Numbered from the stretch's first letter, positions 1 through 30,506 are shown. The stretch is 64,000 nucleotides of DNA from Hydrolagus colliei (GCA_035084275.1 CM068755.1:16926001-16990000); one strand, 5' to 3'. The notes: generated by a model from the sequence alone, not told the origin. Translations and numbers: made by a program.

Positions 1-3000
1 CCTGGAGATGTGATCCAATCCGCGACTATCGCTTTATTTAGCTATCGTATTTTCCAACGAGGTTATCCTTAAGATATTTCTGCTCATATTTTGGTCCTTT
101 TTTGTTTAGAAAAGTGCCTAGATTAGAGAACCACGGAATTGAATTATGGCTTTATGGCTGCACCACAGCAGATAACAGCAATAATTTTCTTATTCAGTCC
201 AATCCTTCCTTATTGTTGAGAGTAAACAGAATGAGCTGGGGGTGAAATTCATCCAATTGCTTTTATTGATTCGGTGTAACTTGCGACAGCTGGCGAGGTT
301 GCCCCGATCACATGCAGTTTATCGCTATTGTCTCATTGTAAATTGATTTAACCCTTTACTTAGAATAAAACACAGATTGGTGAAAATCCTTGTTTTACTT
401 GGGCGGTTCTTATTTACCAGTTCACGAAGTGCATGGTGTGTTTTTAAAATATATATCCTTTTAAATTCAATCTGGTGTTACCACAACAAGATGCGTTTAT
501 ACAGTGCCTTTCACATTAAAGGAAACCCTTTGAAATGCTTTGTGACAGCTGATAAATTGCCAATAATTAGATGTCGGGGGAGGGATACAAGCCAGGAAAA
601 TGGGGAAGAGGGAGGGAGGGTCATCTTTCACAATCTGTGAGAGAGAGAGCACATACAGTTAATGGCTAATTGAAACACAGATAAACTTGTGTTTTTAATA
701 CAGAATGTTGCTAGCTATGCAGCAATGAGTATTTGATTAAATCCAGTTGCTAATCAAGTATTAAAAGTCATTAAGTCCTCATGGAAACTATCTTATCGCA
801 GGATGACTGCACAGACTTTTGCAGAGTATTGTCGCCATTGTTCATCACCCAGCTAATTCATACTGCTTTCAACTCCTAAAAGATGGTGCTCCCAGAAATG
901 TGCACAAGTCCCATTCTAATACTAACTCTCCCCAAAAAGGATCAAACCAATTAGCATTGACATTGACTCCCATACCCACACTGGTCTAGCCCATCAGGAG
1001 CTTCTCACTAATGAAACAAGATCCTGTAATCAATAACTTGTGATCGAGTGCGTGCTTGCCTTCTGATGTTTTTGGAGTTGAAAGTTACTTTTGGTTTGGT
1101 TAGCTTGATCTCATTTGACCCTTTGTTGATGGAGGGTTGAGCTCTATATAAATGACCGTGATCACTGCTGCATACATAGCTGCAAGCAACCCAGCTTCCT
1201 GAACATTTTGAGGTTTTCACTCATTCTCGAGTAACGTCGGCCACAGACTTATTTTCAATTTGTTCATCATTGTTTTGTGTTTATTTTAATATGGGTTGGA
1301 CACATCTACTATCACTAGTAATGGCAATGAATTTGTGAGAGTTTATTTCTACCTTGTACAGTATGTTAGATCAAGTTCAGGAGATTAGGCTTTTACAGAA
1401 CTTTCAGCTCCTTTATAGAGTTGGAGTGGAATGTTACAGCAGGTGGTGTCTCCCTATTTGTGGGTTAGTGATGAGCAAGCAACTAACTACACATGGGAAG
1501 GGACTGAGCTGAACCACTTTGTGTGGTCTTTGCACTTACAGGCATAACCAAGCCCAGACCTTGATTTTCTAACTTATTGGTAACATATCATTATTTCATC
1601 AGAGCCAATTTAATATGTGAATCAAGAATAGATTCAAGACTTTCTGCTTGCTCAAATAAGCTTTGTGTAAGCACATTGCAGCCTCAGGTGAAGTTTGTTG
1701 GTGAGCCTACTGGACATGGTGTCCGCAGCTTCTCAGTGGGTAAAGGCCCAGCATTATACACTTGTATGAGCATTTATAATAGATATTATTTTATATATTA
1801 TGAGGAGTTAGTAATTCAATCTACTCGGATTGGGTGAAATACTCCCAAGGAAATCGGCCATGGGTGGCCATGGAGGCTGTTTTTGGAATCCAATGAATGT
1901 TCCCCTGGAACTTTGATTATTTGTGTGTTTATTATAAAAATAATAGTCTTTGCATTTGATATAGCACTGTTCACATCTTCGAGGTGTCTCAAGACACTTC
2001 ACAGAATATACTGTAAAGTGAATTGACTATATTTTGTGAGCGAAATGTTTATCCCATCAACCACCACAATGAAAATCTTCATCCGTGCTTTTAGCACTTT
2101 GAGACAAGTTTTCTCTGATGCATTCCTTGCCGGCCTCCATGAAATCCAACTCCTGGAAATGTTTCCCACTGAACTGCATATGCCCATTACCCCCATCCTC
2201 AACAGTGATCACAGTAGATCAACTTCAAAACCTTTGCTCTTACTCAGATCGTGTACAGATGCACCTCACTGTATCTCTCAATCTGCTCTCCCTCATGTTT
2301 TTTTTCTTCTCTTACTCTACATTCTTCTGTTTTTGATCTGTAGCCTCTTTCTCACTATCCATCTCACTATTGGTGGCAGAACCTTCAGCCACTGTGCCAT
2401 CACTCTCTAGGAATCTCTCCCAAACTCTCTTCAGCTTGCACATTCACTGCCTTCCTTTGAAACGCTTGACCATTTCTTTGATCAGCCACCTCAGCTATGA
2501 ACTGGGCCATTGGGTCATCCATTAAGATGGTCTCTTGTTTGGATAGATGTAAAATGCACCAGTTTGGATTAGTTGACTGAAATTCAGAGGTGACAACTGA
2601 CCTCATCATCGAAAGACTTACATGGAAAGTAATGATGCAACAAATTTTTGCAGCACACCACAGTAATAGTGACTCAAAATCCTTCACAGGTAATTGTTGT
2701 TGAGTGTAGTGACTGTTGGGTAGGCAAACAGGAAGGCTCCACAAATAGCCATGAGGTGAATAACCATTTTGTGTGGGATTGCTGACCACGGTGTTGGGAG
2801 GAGAAACTCCCTTCCCCTTTATGACTCGGACAAGAGTACTGCCAACTTATTCACCTGGTTCCTTTCTATTCTTCCAAACAGGTAGGACACAGGATTTAAA
2901 TCACTTGGAAGTGTTTGAGTGTTCCCTAACACTAGCATGGAGTTGAACATTGAATGAGGCTTGCTTGTACGGCATTGCTGGCAGAGCTATCTGTAACTCA

Positions 3001-4679
3001 GAGAGCCTCTGGTATTGTAAAAGTTAACCTAGTAATTGTTATAATGAACAAAATACCCATCAGAAGAGCAAAGAATAACGAGTGGTGGGGCAGGAATGGT
3101 GCGCACCCTGTAGTGCGGGAGCAATAGCCTTTGCACCTCACCTGTTTGCTGCTTTTAGTAAGGCTCACTCTCTGGCTTAGGCTGTAAAATGGTGGAAGTA
3201 GAGTGCTTTAAAATGGCGAGCTAGGCTTGGCAAAGGACCAGAATCCATGGAAGTTTCTGGAACAGTAACAGCCCGAGCTGCAGTGCTCGCCTTGTTGTTG
3301 TGGATGGAAGAAAGGCAGAGCCTATTGCAGTGCAGGAGGCTTACCAGCAGATGGAGCTTCTGAGTAAAGAAAACACAGCGGGAAAAACTCTTACTGTGTG
3401 TGTGTGATGATTATTCTATAATACTTGATGTGTTTCTATCTGTGATTTTGATATAACATTACAGAACATATTTCTTAATGATCGTCTTAATGATGGGTAA
3501 TAAGTAAAGGATATGACAGATGATACTGGCTGTCATCAGGCACATGTAGTTGGTTCCTTCTGTTGTAAATAGCGGGTGTAGATTGGGAAAGGTGATTTGT
3601 GTATTGACAGATATTCCTTTTCACTCTTTCATTAGATTCCTAGCCTCAAATCAATGTGAGCTGTGTCAAACACACCAACACACACACACACACAGCGTTT
3701 TGCGTAATCTTTTAACAAGACTGATTATGAAAAATATTGGGTTAAGTGGTTACCTATAATGTATTATGGTTATAGATTTTCTTTATATTTCAATGTTATC
3801 GATAATTTGCATGATTCATTCCTTCTTGAAGCATCTACTAACCCCCCACCTGGCTGGTGTAATCAGCAATGTATCTAACTGGGTGTGTGCATGTGCGTGA
3901 CAGTGTGTAGGAGCTGTGCCTGGAGCCCCTTTAATGGATGACTCAGACCCCCTGCTGGCATTGAATAATTAAAACCACTCTCCCGAGTTCCTGATCCGTG
4001 TGTTGGTTGAAGCTTTTCTCTGCTCGTTTTTAAAGAGAGTGAATATTGGGGCAGCAGCTGGAAGATTAAAGTCTTTTACACCAGCTCATTAGGGATGAGC
4101 CATTGAAACTGCTGATTTAAATGCAGGTCAGACTTATTTTCAGCGTTTTGGGACATCTTCCCAACGTGAAAGATGTTATATAAGTGCAATTTTGCTGTTG
4201 TTGTTGTTGGTACCTACACCCTGGGTAGGCAAACATCAGAAAATAACTAAGCTTTGAATTGATAAAACTGTGTTTCGGTCTGTTGGGGGTCTGGGCTGTG
4301 GCGGAGGGAGCTCCAGTGAACTCTCCATCCATCCTTATTTTTCTGGATTTAGATGCTACCTGTAGCATAGTTTGCCCTGTAACCATTTTGAAATCTTTTA
4401 TTTTGACTCCCCTTCATAATGGTTCAGATTGGATATATTCCCTGTCTCATCAAGAGGCCATTTAAAGCATTTCACAGAATATGCTGTGAAGTATAGTGAC
4501 TATATTTTGTAATAATTTTGTAATAAGTGAACAAGGAATGTATCTAGATTGAAACCTTGGAGAAACGGGTCTATGACGAGAGGTTGGGTTTATACTTAGA
4601 ACTGAGTGGTTGGAAGGGTGATTTAATTTTTAAACGCAATGAAGGAAATTGACAGGTAAGAAATTCATGATTCATCATC

Positions 4680-5075
4680 TGGGGGTAATAATTCCCTTTT
4701 TTAAAAAAAAAACGGTTGCTCAATCCACACTGCTGTGTGTAATTGGCTACCAGGTCTCACCAACACAATATACAGTCAACTCGCTTTACAAATCATTCTG
4801 TGAAATGCTTTGTGGCGTCTCAAAGACACGATAAGGCGTTATATCAAATGCAAGGATTATTATTATTATTTTCCCCGGTGGACGGATGGAAAAGGGGGAG
4901 ATTTAATATGAAAATTAGATGGTTAGAAATGAGCTCAAGAAATATATCTTCACTTTTAGAGAATGTGGAAGGCAATAATAATCCTTGCATTTGATACAGT
5001 ACCTTATCACATCTTGTAGACATCTCAATGTGCTTCACAGAATATACTATGAGTGTATTATCTGTGGGCGAAATG
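4680..5075. mobile_element. Two SINE 3' fragments in inverted, tail-to-tail orientation (4680-4870 +, 4975-5075 -)
   Basis: ATATCAAATGCAAGGATTATTATT at about 4841 and its reverse complement AATAATAATCCTTGCATTTGATA at about 4974. Confidence 0.75.
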
Positions 5076-5310
5076 ACCCAGCAGGAGGTGGAGAAAGATG
5101 GTAGATAGTTGAGAAGTGAAGGGCTAAACATGTATAGAGAAAGGGCAGGAAAATTAAAGATCTGTCGTGACCTAATTAATTGGCAGAGTGATCTCCAAGG
5201 TACGTGAAGGTGAGTGTGTGTGTGCGTGCGCGCATGTAGTCTTCTGTGCTCCACGCTAGCATCAAGTGTGACCATGCATTCTCAACCAGTCCTTCTTATT
5301 CCTCCTGCAG

Positions 5311-22516
<17,206 letters not shown>

Positions 22517-25345
22517 AAACACAGGATGTGGGAGGACATGAGGGGAGGAGAGAGACAGGGAGAGAGAGACAAGGGCAGAGAGAGAGAGAGAGAGAGACAA
22601 GGGGAGAGAGGTAGGTGCTGCTAAGCAGGTCTGCCAGCCCAGCGCCGAGAGCCAGGAGCCAACCATCCCGAGGGGAGACCACACACCAAACCTCAACATG
22701 GTGTCAACTGCTCTCAGCAGAGTTAGAATGTATATGGGACACTGCGCGTGCACACACTGTTACACACTCACACAGCTACACACGTAGGACTAGTTACACT
22801 TCATATAGTCACACTGCCACACACACACAGAGCCATACTCTCACACATAGTCACACTCACATAGTTTCAATACACACACAACTTTCATGTTCACAAAGAC
22901 ACATACGTATACAAATACCCAGACAGACAGACACAGAGAATGCTCTCTGCGGGTGAAGGCTCCCAGGGCAGGGGACTTCCAGGTAAAAGGTGTTTTTTGA
23001 ACCAGACCAAGAGATGAGGAGTGTTGTGGACTCTGCTGTGAGGCGTTTGAAGAAAGTGCAATTTAATTCCTCCCCATTTACCGTTTCTGCCAAAAGTGTT
23101 TCTTCAGCCAAGCTCCAGTCTGTGTTCAGTGAATGCCTCGGTGTCAGCCTATCCCCAGCGGGTGGGCAGGGGGTGTGGAGCTCCTCCTGCTCTCACTCTG
23201 GATTATATAGGGGGGCAATAGGGAGTTAATAGAGCAAAGGAAAGTGACTCTCTCTCCCACCCCCCCTCCCCCAAATCCTCCGGGACAATTACTACAATTA
23301 AATCCTGCACAAGTACCAAAAAAATTTGTTGGGGTGGGGGAGTGCGGAGAGACCAGCCTGGATGGTTCTCACTGTCCCCCAAGCCTCACCATTCCCTGTG
23401 TTTGTCACCTTTCTATTGGGGTTTGACGAGAGTGGGACAGAACATTCCCAATCATCACCCACTGATCCCAAATAAACTGCACTTTGTCACCCCCTTCCCC
23501 TCCCCACACACTCTCTTCTCACCCCCCTTTAGTTTCTCTGCTAATGATTCTATGGGAGTGTAAACCCATCCTCCTGTTCTCACGGCTTTGCTCTGAGCAG
23601 ACGACAGTCATTTGTGATGACTACTGGTCGGGCGCTGGGGGGGGAGGTTAACCTTCATGATCTTTGTCATTTGTGCCATTTGCCAAAGGCAGTGTCTCAC
23701 CGTGTGTCTGAGCGAGGAAGCCTGGGTGTGTGGGAAATCTCGTTAAATACCCACCCCCCACACTTTCCAAATGAAATGTCCAACCTCTCAGGGCCCCCAC
23801 CCACCACATAATATGTGAGAGCTCTGCTATAGTGCAGCTCAACATAGGACTCACAAAACTCACCCGCAAAATACAGTTGATTCACTTGACAGTATATTCT
23901 GTGAAGCGCTTGGAGCCGTCTTGTAGACGTGATGAGGCGCTGTATCAAATGCAAGGATTATTATTATTATTAACTCGGTGGGTTTCCACAGGGGAAGGGG
24001 GACATCTAACTAGTAAACAGTATTCAACCACGAGAGACTGAGAGACAGGGTTAGTGCAGGTTTGGGGTGGGTTTTCAACAGGGGCAACATTTCAACCTAG
24101 AAAATAGACGGTTATTGTGTCTATTCCCTCCACGCGCTCACACACTTCATTTTCAAATGAATTTAAATCTTGTACAGTCACCTTTCTCTCTCTTCCCTCC
24201 CCCCCCCCACACACACAGTACCCCCCAACTCACTGAGGAAAATGAATTAAGTGAAAATGTGTAAGTGTAAAAGGGAGGCTGTCGGTAGCTGGGAAGAAAG
24301 GTACTGTCTTGAGGGAAGCTTTATTATGTGTTGACTGCTGCTAGCCAGGATTGGCGTGTCCCCAGCTCAGCCTCCCCCCCCCCCCCCTACACTTGTCCTG
24401 GCCCCCTCCCTGGCCCTGTCACACAGTGGGATGTGTTTACAGTGTTGTTGCCCTGTCTGGTTTTGCACATGTCTGTGTTCTGGGAATGAAGCACATTCAT
24501 TAATTACACAGTATTTATCCTCCAGGTTCACTGGCATGGAGACTGCCCCCTCCCCACCTCCCCGACTGCTCAGTGTGATCGGTTATTAGATGGAGGGGTG
24601 GGTAGGGGGGGAAACCAGCACCACCTGTGGGTGACTCCCAATCCCCCTCCCATGTGTGTAAATGGGCTGTATTTCCCCTCCCACCCGAGGTATTGTTGCA
24701 GCGAGGGCCATATCAGTGGCCAGACTCACCCACTGCCTTCACGCTCCAGGCCAGAGTGTGGCTATTTGGGGAGGTGGGGGGGGGGGCATCTGCATTCCAA
24801 CCTTTCTAACAGTCTCCAATGGGTCCTGGCTGAGCACTGGCAGAGTTGGTCACTAATTTGCTGTCGGCAGAGCCCCGTGGGAACACAGCGAGCGCTGCAG
24901 GATGTTCTCTGGACGTGTGGCGACCGTTTGTGGCTGTGAATATTCTGGGCGGTGAGATCGGGTCGAAGTGTTTGAGCCACATTGTTGACATTTCCCCCAG
25001 CGGCTCGAGGAGGGGGGTGACCCGGTGCCTATTCAGAATGTAACGAGGAGAGGGCAGTGGGTGGGAGGGTCGCCAAATAAGCTATGTTATTCTGGGGGGG
25101 GGGGGGGTAATGATCAGCTGCCAACACACAGTTCACGATGACTTTGCGGAGGGTACAGACAGCGGCTGCGTGGCTCGCTGTCGGCCGGTACGTGGACTTT
25201 TTAAATGACAAAGTAAATATTAATTTATATTTGTGAAGAGGCTGTTAGTGCATTTCGGTGTAAATACTTTGTTTATAATGTATTAAATTTTCCTACACCT
25301 TAAAAAAAATTGTTCTTTAATTACTATTAAAGGCAAACTGTCAAG
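22517..25345 (+). other. Probable CHD2 3' UTR ending at an ATTAAA poly(A) signal (25326-25331)
   Basis: Follows the stop codon. AU-rich terminal block at 25200-25340 with ATTAAA and a downstream GT-rich stretch. The end point is inferred. Confidence 0.55.
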
Positions 25346-27275
25346 AAGGCTGTGGCAGTGGTGTGTGTTCTATCCTCGCCCTCCCAACACAGTCCGTGTA
25401 AAACAGTCACTACACTTGAGTGAAGCTTTAGCCAAATGCAACAGAGCAGCATAAAAGTACTCAACAACAACAACATTACATTTATAGAGCACCTTTCACG
25501 TGGGAGGAATCAATAGGTGGGTCTTGCTGATGGGCTTGAATAGATCCTCTCTCTCCCTGCGAGGAAAGAGAAGGGAGTTTCTCTCTCTGTGTGTGTGTGT
25601 GACCAGGGCTGACAATCTCTCAGATACAAACTGGTCACTCACTCGGTAGTTTGTAGGGTCTGGGATACCGAACACCAGATTCACAAATAACTTGGATTGA
25701 GAGATTCATATCGACAAAGTCACTTTTTTTAAAATCGGTAATAAATAATTTATTATGTACAGGTGAGGTTTAAGCCTCTGTGATAAATCTACTGTTTTTG
25801 TTCATTTATTCAACAATAAAAACACTTAACGGAGTCGCTGTAAAAAAAAAACTATCACAGAAAGACAATAAAGTGCCACAGACCAGAAAGGAAAGTTTCC
25901 CTGACAGGAAACATCGCACCCGTCACAGCAAAGTGTTTGGCCAAATGAAAACCTTGACTCCCTTTTCTCTTTTCCCTTTTTTCTTGGACTTTCTGGTCTC
26001 ACAAAATGAAAAAACAACCCCAACCCCAATCCCCCCCCCCCCCCCCCCCCCCCCCCCAACGTAGAACCAAGTGTGGAGAGAGAAAACTTTCTGATGTTAA
26101 AATACAAGCGAGAAATGACATTCCTCAGACATGTAGCCGCAAACATTCCACGCTTCACCGTCAGTGGATAATAGAAGCCAACTCTTAAATTTGGACATTA
26201 ACGAACGCAAAGTAGGTGCGCGGGCTGGGAATCAACCACAAAAACACAAGTCACTGGGCAGGTCAGGTAGCATCCAGAGGAGGATCTTCATTGTCCCTCC
26301 TACCTCCTCCACCCGCCCCGTCCCATACCCCCCCTCTCTGCTAATCTTTAAAAGCCTCGCCCTCCCGACGTGTCCCAGTTACGACCCAAAACAATGACTC
26401 ACTTTCCTCTCTCTATAGATGCTGCCTGACCTGCTGAGTGTTCCCAGCCATTTCTGTTTTTATCTGAATAACATTCACCCCCCCACCCCAATCCCATTCC
26501 AGTGATTGGCACTAGCTCCACACAGTGTTGGGGCGGTGTGTAGGGTCAGATGCACCCACAGCCTTGACGCTGGTTAAAACTCGGCCGGGCTGAGCGAAAG
26601 CGGTTCTGTCTCCCCCGAGTCCAGCCCTGCCATGTGCTGATCAAAAATGGCTGACGAGCTTGTCCATCGCAGGCATGTACACTTGCTGCCTTTCTCTCTC
26701 TCTCTCTCGTGTGCGGATTTATATTGAGGTTTGAATTACAAACTCCCTCCCTCCCACCCATTGAACACTGGCTGGCTCTGGTGTCACTGTGTGGCTGAGA
26801 CCCAAGCAAATATACCATCGTAAAGTGCAACTACAGAGAACCATAGAGTTGGGATCAGTTAGTGTCTAAATACTTATAAAGGGTTCAGACGTAGTGGGGA
26901 GGGGGGGGGGGGAGGGAATGAGCAGATAGACCTTGTCCTGAGCCAGAATGACACCCACAGAACAGTGCAGTGAGAGCTCTGTATTGTCAGGGTAGGGTGG
27001 GAGGGAGGTAATATTGTCAAAATCTCAGCTCCTGTCTAAGATAGTAACAGTGACCAGAGAGAGGTTTCTCCCCAGTGTCCAGCACTGAATGTCACCTGAT
27101 TGCAAACTTATAAACTTATTTCCTCTCTCGTCTACTGTCTTCATAGAACATTTCCCCTCAGTGAAACCACCCTACTCACCCCCATTCTCACACACACACA
27201 CCTTCTCCCCACCCTCCCACACACACACAACCTTCGCTCTGAGGACAGTTAAACTCAGGGCTCTGACAACTCGGG

Positions 27276-27968
27276 TCAACAGGACTGTAGCTGGCGACAG
27301 CAGCAGCCGAGGCCGATCAGGAGAAGGTGAGTGAGGGGGAGTGTGGCTGGAGCCGGGGGTCTGGGGGCTGTATTGGCCAGGGTGGGGCGCTGGGACCTCT
27401 GGTAGACGTGAACTCTCCCCTGGTCGGCGAGAAGCCTCCTGGCGTCCCTCCAGGGCGTACAGAGCTGCCAGGGTGAAGTTGGTGTCTCCGGTGCTCACAG
27501 GTCGAAGACGCAAGACTTGAAGTATAAATCCTCCACCGCCAGCGTCTCCCTGCACTTGGCTCCAGCTGTCTGTTGGGTGAAGACCCTTGGCTGAGAGGGT
27601 TCAGGTCCATCCGGCCCGAGGGGGGTCTCCGGGACCACCCAGTCCATGCGCTGGTCGGCCGGGCAGCCGCGCACACACAGCTGGAGGCCCTGCCTCTCCT
27701 CGAAGGAGTTGATGATATCCTCGGGCATGCGGACAGCGAACATCAGGTATCTGCCGACCTGCCTCACCACCATGGTGGTCCGGATGTAGGCGGCCAAGAT
27801 CTCCACGTGTTGCCCTCTCACCCTCTCCCTCACCCGCAGGCTGCTTGTCCCCGGACCCTGACCACCCGTCCTCGAGCCGTCCACAAACGCCGCGGGCAGG
27901 TTGTCGCTCTGCGCCTGGTAAACCTTCTCCACCGCGCAGCCGGGGAAACCCTTGAAGATCACGGTGAG
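27276..27968 (-). CDS. RGMA: Repulsive guidance molecule A, last coding exon only; contains two compensating 1-nt frameshifts (about 27497 and 27451)
   Basis: Acceptor ttttgccggcag|CTC at 27968. Translation LTVIFKGFPGCAVEKVYQAQSDNLPAAFVDGS...HVEILAAYIRTTMVVRQVGRYLMFAVRMPED...CVFDL, then STGDTNFTLAALYALE in a second frame, then DARRLLADQGRVHVYQ back in the first frame. This matches the RGM C-terminal domain. Tail-to-tail position with CHD2 indicates RGMA, since RGMB pairs with CHD1. Confidence 0.9.
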
Positions 27969-28712
27969 CTGCCGGCAAAACAGGTACCGAGGTTCAGCCG
28001 CGAGGTCCAGGTCATTCCAAACCACCTCTCCCACCCCACCTCCCCAACCCCAATCAATCCACCTCGCGCTCCCAGCCAACCATCCATTGAAACCCCTTAA
28101 CCACACACTAGTCAAGGAAATTCTCAGGTTAGATTTGTGCTGTTGTTAGCTGATTCCTCCCCACCATCTTGTGCACTGTAATAAGTACATGGCAATACGA
28201 TTGATCCATTGTTGGGAGTTAATCATTTTTTAAAAACCAAACCATAATAATAAAATAGGTCATTTCAATCCACGATTGAAATGACCTATTTCCCCCCCCC
28301 CCCCCGCGTCTGTGTGAGGCGTGGGGGGGGGGGGGGGGGGTGGGGGTAAGGAGGGGGGAGTGTATCAGCTATGACCAGAGCTGATCTGTACCAGCGAAGG
28401 CTGGAATCTGATCTGGGAATAATCCCAGATTGATCCGGTTGATGGTGAGAGTTTTCATGCAAGTTTCCCGATCGATGACAGTCCTGGTCACCAGGTGGAG
28501 CTATTGTCCCAACTCCCAACCATTGTCTCATCTGTTACCACAACATCTGGGCAAATCACTTCAAACCAGGTGTCTCTGGAGCTTGTTACGCGAGCCGGGG
28601 GTGGGGGTGCAGACGTGAAGTGTGTGTGTCTCTGTGTGTGTGTGTGTGTGGGGGGGGTGGGGGGGGGGGGGGTTGGGCGGGGGGACAGGCAAGGATTTCT
28701 CCCCTATTAAAA

Positions 28713-28978
28713 GTAATAATCCTTCTAATTGATATCGCATTTTTCACGTCTTCCAGACTGACTGTGTCTCAAAGCGCTTTCACAGAATATACTGCAAAGT
28801 GAATTGACTGTATATATATCTATAGATATATATATTTATATATTTGTGGGTGAAACGCGGCAGCCGATTGCGCAAACAGCCGTGGGTTGTAAATAACCCC
28901 TTTTTTTATTGCAGAGATTAATTAATATCAGGTGTGTGTGTGGAGTAAGGAAACTTGCCCAAGGGTTTGCCCTGACCA
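28713..28978 (-). mobile_element. SINE truncated by an assembly gap
   Basis: Family tail and core running into Ns. Confidence 0.8.
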
Positions 28979-30506
28979 NNNNNNNNNNNNNNNNNNNNNN
29001 NNNNNNNNNNNNNNNNNNNNNNNNNNNNNNNNNNNNNNNNNNNNNNNNNNNNNNNNNNNNNNNNNNNNNNNNNNNNNNNNNNNNNNNNNNNNNNNNNNNN
29101 NNNNNNNNNNNNNNNNNNNNNNNNNNNNNNNNNNNNNNNNNNNNNNNNNNNNNNNNNNNNNNNNNNNNNNNNNNNNNNTCTCACATTGTGTGGAGAGAGG
29201 TGGAGAGATGTTTTTGAGGTCAGGTTTATCGAGAGATGCTGAGCGAAGTGGGGGTGGGAGGGGATTAATTAGGGTTGAGTGGAGGCCCTGGGTTGGGTGT
29301 CTGAGGGAGGCAGGGAATCATAGGGACAGACCGGGGGAAATTAAACCGCTTTCAATGAACCTCTGAGATCCCGACACTGACACAGTCTCACGTTGTCTTT
29401 GTAACGTCAGCGCTCACACAGTTAGTGACTGGTTATCATCGGAAAATAAACCGAATTAATTGAGTAATTGGTAATGGAGTGAGAGACAGGGTAACATTAC
29501 AGAGAGCCCTTTAATCAACTCCTTTACACACTCACCCACCCACTCACTCACTCAACCACACACCCACCTACTCACTAACTCCCAGATGTTGTCTCTCAGG
29601 ATCGTTAACCCTCTGTTGCTCTGAGAGACCAGGGTGGCTGAGAGAGAGCGAGCTTGTGTGAGTGTGTGTGTGTGTGTGAGGGCAGCGGGTCAGAGCTCAG
29701 GGAAGTTTCCGAGGACATTCGGAAGGGTCTCGGCGCGTCCCCCCCCCCACCCCACCCCACCCACAGCCACACCGCGGCTCACTCAACAAGCACATCTCAC
29801 GTTTACACGAGAGCCTTCGCGCGGAGCAGAGAGTGGGAGCGGCTGGAGAGAGAGAGAGAGAGAGAGTCACAGTAAAGCGTGTCAGCGCAGAGCCAGGGCT
29901 GGGAGAAAAACTAACACGAGTTTCTGTAACACAAGACGCTGAGCTGTGAGTAAGTCTTTTATCTCCTACAGCTTTCCTGGCACAGAGAGATACACTGACA
30001 GACAGACAGGCAGGGGGGCAGGGAGGGAGGGACTTTCTTCAAGCCTGTTTGGTTAGAGGGACTTGATTTGATTCCCAGGCAGGTACAACAGTGAGGTGAG
30101 GGTNNNNNNNNNNNNNNNNNNNNNNNNNNNNNNNNNNNNNNNNNNNNNNNNNNNNNNNNNNNNNNNNNNNNNNNNNNNNNNNNNNNNNNNNNNNNNNNNN
30201 NNNNNNNNNNNNNNNNNNNNNNNNNNNNNNNNNNNNNNNNNNNNNNNNNNNNNNNNNNNNNNNNNNNNNNNNNNNNNNNNNNNNNNNNNNNNNNNNNNNN
30301 NNNNNNNNNNNNNNNNNNNNNNNNNNNNNNNNNNNNNNNACACTCCTCGCTTCACAAACAGCAGTGAACAGAAACCCGGCTGGTTGTGAGTCGATTGGCG
30401 GATCAACTTTCCCGCAGTAATAATCCCACCAATTGTGGTCCCTCAATCCTCCTGTTTGCCTGACTGTTTGTGGGTTACTTTACGCTAGTACACACTACAG
30501 GCAATT

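Noticed and set aside
23614-23711. C/D-box snoRNA-like pair GTGATGA...CTGA
   Set aside because: Lies in the presumed 3' UTR rather than an intron, has no terminal stem and no recognisable guide sequence.
27440-27500. Programmed ribosomal frameshifting or RNA editing as the explanation for the frameshifts
   Set aside because: No shared slippery heptamer or downstream structure across the sites; indel error or decay is far simpler.
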